Below the pieces are notes generated by a model, which saw only the letters and a program-made list of their open reading frames with translations, did not search any database and was not told where the DNA came from. Made by a program: the position numbers and the translations under genes. Below are positions 60,539-64,000 of a stretch of DNA of 64,000 nucleotides, piece after piece. The stretch is taken from positions 81,877-145,876 of the forward strand of contig CAZVTT010000001.1 in the NCBI GenBank assembly GCA_964629685.1, read 5' to 3'. Source of the DNA: an uncultured Gammaproteobacteria bacterium (GTDB lineage Bacteria > Patescibacteriota > Microgenomatia > UBA10105 > UBA927). How positions within the stretch are numbered: position 1 is the stretch's first letter; each line of letters starts with the position of its first letter.

Positions 60539-60542
60539 CGGC

Positions 60543-61154
60543 TTATGCCTGTTGAAGTTGAGCAAAACGCCGTTCAACTGTTTTCCAGTTTACGACCTGC
60601 CACCAATTTGTAACGTATTCTACCCGTCTATTCTGATACTTTAGATAGTAGGCATGTTCCCAAACATCTAGTCCCAGCAGGGCCTGTTTTCCTTCCAGAA
60701 TCGGATGATCCTGATTGGCAGTACTTATCACTGATAATGTTTTACCATCCAGAACCAACCAGGCCCAACCACTACCGAATCTGTTCAATGCCGTCTGATT
60801 AAAAAGTTCCTGAAACTCCTTAAAACTACCGAAAGCAGAATCTATTGCGGCACCAAGTATACCCGACGGTAATCCCCCGGCGTTAGGTCCCATACTTTCC
60901 CAGAACTGACAGTGGTTAGCGTGCCCCCCGCCGTTATTGCGGACCTTAATCCGAATCGCTTCAGGCAGATCGTTCAGGTGCTGCAGCAATTCCACCACAT
61001 CCATTCGTAAAAACTTCTCTTGGCCGGCAAGTACTTCGTTCAAATTCTTTATATACGTAGCGTGATGCCGCTCATGATGAATATGCATAGTGGTCTCATC
61101 AATGTGAGGTTCAAGCGCATTGTAGGCATATGGTAGTGCGGGTAAAGTAAACAT
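60543..61154 (-). CDS. sodA: Fe/Mn superoxide dismutase
   Basis: HH.RHH, NNGGGHANH, FGSGWAW, DVWEHAYY. Confidence 0.95.
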   Translation of the reverse strand: MFTLPALPYAYNALEPHIDETTMHIHHERHHATYIKNLNEVLAGQEKFLRMDVVELLQHLNDLPEAIRIKVRNNGGGHANHCQFWESMGPNAGGLPSGILGAAIDSAFGSFKEFQELFNQTALNRFGSGWAWLVLDGKTLSVISTANQDHPILEGKQALLGLDVWEHAYYLKYQNRRVEYVTNWWQVVNWKTVERRFAQLQQA

Positions 61155-61303
61155 AGCCCCTCCTTATTTTAAATTTTTTTACACGTCAGTTTCTTGTGTG
61201 TTCCATTGTACTACATGCAATCAAATGAGCCGCAACCCGGTTATAGAGATTGTTTTAACCGTCCAATGCGACAAATCAATCTCTTCGATATATAATTAAA
61301 GCC

Positions 61304-63574
61304 ATGTCAAAACGGAAAAAGAAAAATCCGCAGTCCAGAATAAGTCTTCCCAATTTTCAACAAAAACCGATGTTGTTATTACCGGCTCCGCGAAAAAAAC
61401 AACTATTTCGTCGCTTTCGTGTTAAACGACCCATTATATATCTCTTCTGGCTTATTCCTCTGATTATGTTGGGAACATTTTATTGGTTTTTTCTGAAAGA
61501 TCTTCCTTCTGCCACCGAGCTCAGTTCGCATGAAATTCCCCTCGCAACCAAAGTATATGACCGGAACGGCACACTTCTGTATGACATCTTTGCTGATCAG
61601 AACAGGACGTACGTTCCGCTAAGTGACATTCCGAAACATGTACAGCAGGCCACTATTGCAATTGAGGATAAAGACTTTTACCGACATTCTGGTGTCAGCC
61701 CGATTGGCGGAATACTTCGGGCGGCAACCGCGACGCTCACGGGAAAAACCTTGCAGGGAGGCTCAACCATCACTCAACAATTGGTGAAAACAGTATTATT
61801 AACACCTGAACGCACGGTCCAGAGGAAAGTTCGGGAAATTATTCTGGCGTATTGGGTAGAGTTAATATACTCAAAAGATAAAATTCTGGAATTGTATTTG
61901 AACCAGGTTCCGTACGGTGGTACGGCATGGGGTATAGAAACAGCAGCACAAAAATATTTCGGTAAACGTGCGAAAGATTTAACGCTTGCGGAAGCATCGC
62001 TTTTGGCAGGTCTCCCACAAGCCCCGTCACTCTATTCTCCATATGGCGCCAATCCTGATCTGGCCAAAAACCGTCAACACGAAGTTCTGCGCAGAATGGT
62101 TGAAGACGGATATATTACCAAAGATGAGGCAGAGTTGGCCAAACAGGAAGAATTAACCTTTCTCCCCAATCAAAACATTCTTGCCCCACACTTTGTTATG
62201 TACGTAAAAGAGCAATTGGAAGAAAAATACGGCGTACATATGGTCGAACGCGGAGGATTAAAAGTTATCACCACACTAGATCTTACGTTGCAGGAGTATG
62301 CCCAGGCCACGGTTGCGGGAGAGGTCGAGAAGATAAAGAATCTAAAGGTCAGTAATGGTGCGGCACTTATTACGAGACCGGCCACCGGAGAAATTCTGGC
62401 AATGATCGGCAGCACTGATTATTTTGCTACTCCATCCGGTAGCTTTAACGTCACAACTGCATTACGACAACCTGGTTCTTCTATAAAACCCATAAATTAT
62501 GCTATCGGCATAGAGAAAAAGATTGTAACGGCTGGAACTATGTTTTTGGATATTCCCACCTGCTTTACCGTCACGGGTCAGCCACTGTATTGTCCGAAAA
62601 ACTATGACGGTAAATTTCATGGTCCTGTTCAGCTCCGCATGGCTTTAGGAAACTCGTTTAATATTCCGGCAGTTAAAATGCTTTATCTTAACTCCGTCCC
62701 TGATATGATCGCGTCTGCAAGTGCTTTTGGCATAAATACGTTTACGGATGCCTCCCGGTATGGACTTTCACTTACGCTGGGTGGAGGTGAAGTGCGGATG
62801 ACCGATATGACAGAAGCTTTTAGCGTATTTGCCAACGGCGGTATCCGTAAGGACCTTGTATCTATTTTAAAAGTTACGGATAAGGACGGAAAAGTATTGG
62901 AGGAATATCAAGATCCTAACGTCGGCAAAGAAAACCCATCGCAGTTACTTATACAGGGTCCACGGGTTGTTTCACCTGAAACTGCATTCCTGATTTCTCA
63001 TATCTTACTTGATAATAATGCCCGCCAGGAAGCTTTTGGCCCCAGCTCGGCATTGGTTATACCCGGACATGCCGTGTCCGTAAAGACCGGTACAACAGAT
63101 GACCGCAGAGATAATTGGACGGCAGGATACACACCGCAATATCTGGTCATTACCTGGGTAGGAAATAACGATAATTCCGCCATGAATTCTGCACTCGTTT
63201 CTGGAGTTACCGGCGCTGCTCCCATATGGAATAAACTCATGAAACACCTCTTGGAAGGGAAACCGGATGTTTGGCCAAAACAACCGGACGGCATAGTAGG
63301 TGCCACCATTTGCGCATCAACTGGCCTACTTCCCCCCTCTGCCGATAACCCCAGTTGTCCGACCAGGTACGAATACTTTATTAAGGGGACGGTTCCAACC
63401 CAGGCGGAAAATCTTAAACAGGCTGTATTTATCGACAAAACCACCGGAGACATTGCTCAGCCAAACCAAGTTGATAATATAGAACCGCAGGAGAAACTTA
63501 TTATGAAGGACGGGGTATCTTCCTGGTGCGTAGATTGCAATCACGACAATTCAAAACCGGTAATAATAAAATAA
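61304..63574 (+). CDS. Class A penicillin-binding protein (PBP1A family)
   Basis: EDKDFY, GGSTITQQL, RKVRE; transpeptidase SSIK, SFN, KTGT. Confidence 0.95.
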   Translation: MSKRKKKNPQSRISLPNFQQKPMLLLPAPRKKQLFRRFRVKRPIIYLFWLIPLIMLGTFYWFFLKDLPSATELSSHEIPLATKVYDRNGTLLYDIFADQNRTYVPLSDIPKHVQQATIAIEDKDFYRHSGVSPIGGILRAATATLTGKTLQGGSTITQQLVKTVLLTPERTVQRKVREIILAYWVELIYSKDKILELYLNQVPYGGTAWGIETAAQKYFGKRAKDLTLAEASLLAGLPQAPSLYSPYGANPDLAKNRQHEVLRRMVEDGYITKDEAELAKQEELTFLPNQNILAPHFVMYVKEQLEEKYGVHMVERGGLKVITTLDLTLQEYAQATVAGEVEKIKNLKVSNGAALITRPATGEILAMIGSTDYFATPSGSFNVTTALRQPGSSIKPINYAIGIEKKIVTAGTMFLDIPTCFTVTGQPLYCPKNYDGKFHGPVQLRMALGNSFNIPAVKMLYLNSVPDMIASASAFGINTFTDASRYGLSLTLGGGEVRMTDMTEAFSVFANGGIRKDLVSILKVTDKDGKVLEEYQDPNVGKENPSQLLIQGPRVVSPETAFLISHILLDNNARQEAFGPSSALVIPGHAVSVKTGTTDDRRDNWTAGYTPQYLVITWVGNNDNSAMNSALVSGVTGAAPIWNKLMKHLLEGKPDVWPKQPDGIVGATICASTGLLPPSADNPSCPTRYEYFIKGTVPTQAENLKQAVFIDKTTGDIAQPNQVDNIEPQEKLIMKDGVSSWCVDCNHDNSKPVIIK

Positions 63575-63723
63575 CACTCCCCTCTTGACTCTTTCGGTAA
63601 CGATTCGTTAAATGAACCTATACCCGGTCACTTACGTTTGCGTCACCACGTGTTTATTTCAAAAAGTAGAAAACTACACACAGCTCTTGTCTGAGCCCAT
63701 AGTTTGTGGTATAACAACGCTCT

Positions 63724-64000
63724 ATGGCCCGCAATAAAGACAGTATTAACCATGCGTATTTTTTACGGATCTTTCTAAAGATACTGTTCTTTGTTCCCAA
63801 AATACTTATCGGAATCGGAGACGTAATACTCCGAACCCTTTCTGCTTTCCGTTATTCGATACTTAAAGCCTATAAAATATTCATCGTGACAAAACGTTCT
63901 CCGCAGACGAAAATAGCAGCGACTCAATTTTCCAAACATTCACTCCAACCGGTTTTTGTCAGGACAGAGGCAATTAACAAAAAAAAGTCACTATCTCCTG
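63724..64000 (+). CDS. N-terminus of a gene running off the window (possibly a second PBP)
   Basis: TTGTCT-N17-TATAAC promoter then ATG; frame MARNKDSINHAYFLRIFLKILFFVPKILIGIGD... open to the window end. Confidence 0.55.
   Translation, partial: MARNKDSINHAYFLRIFLKILFFVPKILIGIGDVILRTLSAFRYSILKAYKIFIVTKRSPQTKIAATQFSKHSLQPVFVRTEAINKKKSLSP

Noticed and set aside
904-63544. Numerous short overlapping ORFs in the six-frame track
   Set aside because: Antisense or out-of-frame shadows of well-supported genes with no motifs
1-64000. CRISPR array, rRNA, transposase or prophage
   Set aside because: No regularly spaced repeats or recognisable rRNA, cas, transposase or phage structural motifs seen

Overview
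Chromosomal segment of a reduced-genome bacterium, most likely CPR/Patescibacteria of the Microgenomates type. This is inferred from the archaeal-type PyrH/Cmk/PRTase, standalone 5'-3' exonuclease, type 1 IDI, CPR-type VirB4/TraD-like ATPase, class II RNR and GapN; the genetic code is standard code 11. Housekeeping genes (murE, murD, recF, pyrH, mutM, ftsH, trpS, nrdJ/nrdR, guaA, PNP, sodA, PBP1A) are interleaved with strongly diverged enzyme homologues (CCA-enzyme-like NTase, ATP-grasp/NTP-transferase fusion, SAMHD1-like HD protein, second UMP kinase, pseudo-PP2C). Non-coding features: a tryptophan-type T-box leader in front of an apparently frameshifted ATP-grasp-like gene, a small gene and a TrpRS fused to a tRNA-binding domain; three tRNAs including a tRNA-Ile(UAU) and an atypical initiator tRNA; a cobalamin riboswitch inside an nrdR-nrdJ-pduO-B12 uptake module; and an accessory block between two tRNA-Met genes in which three genes share a hairpin + boxA-like leader motif. 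No CRISPR array, rRNA or transposase was seen. All family calls come from motif recognition by eye; no database search was run.
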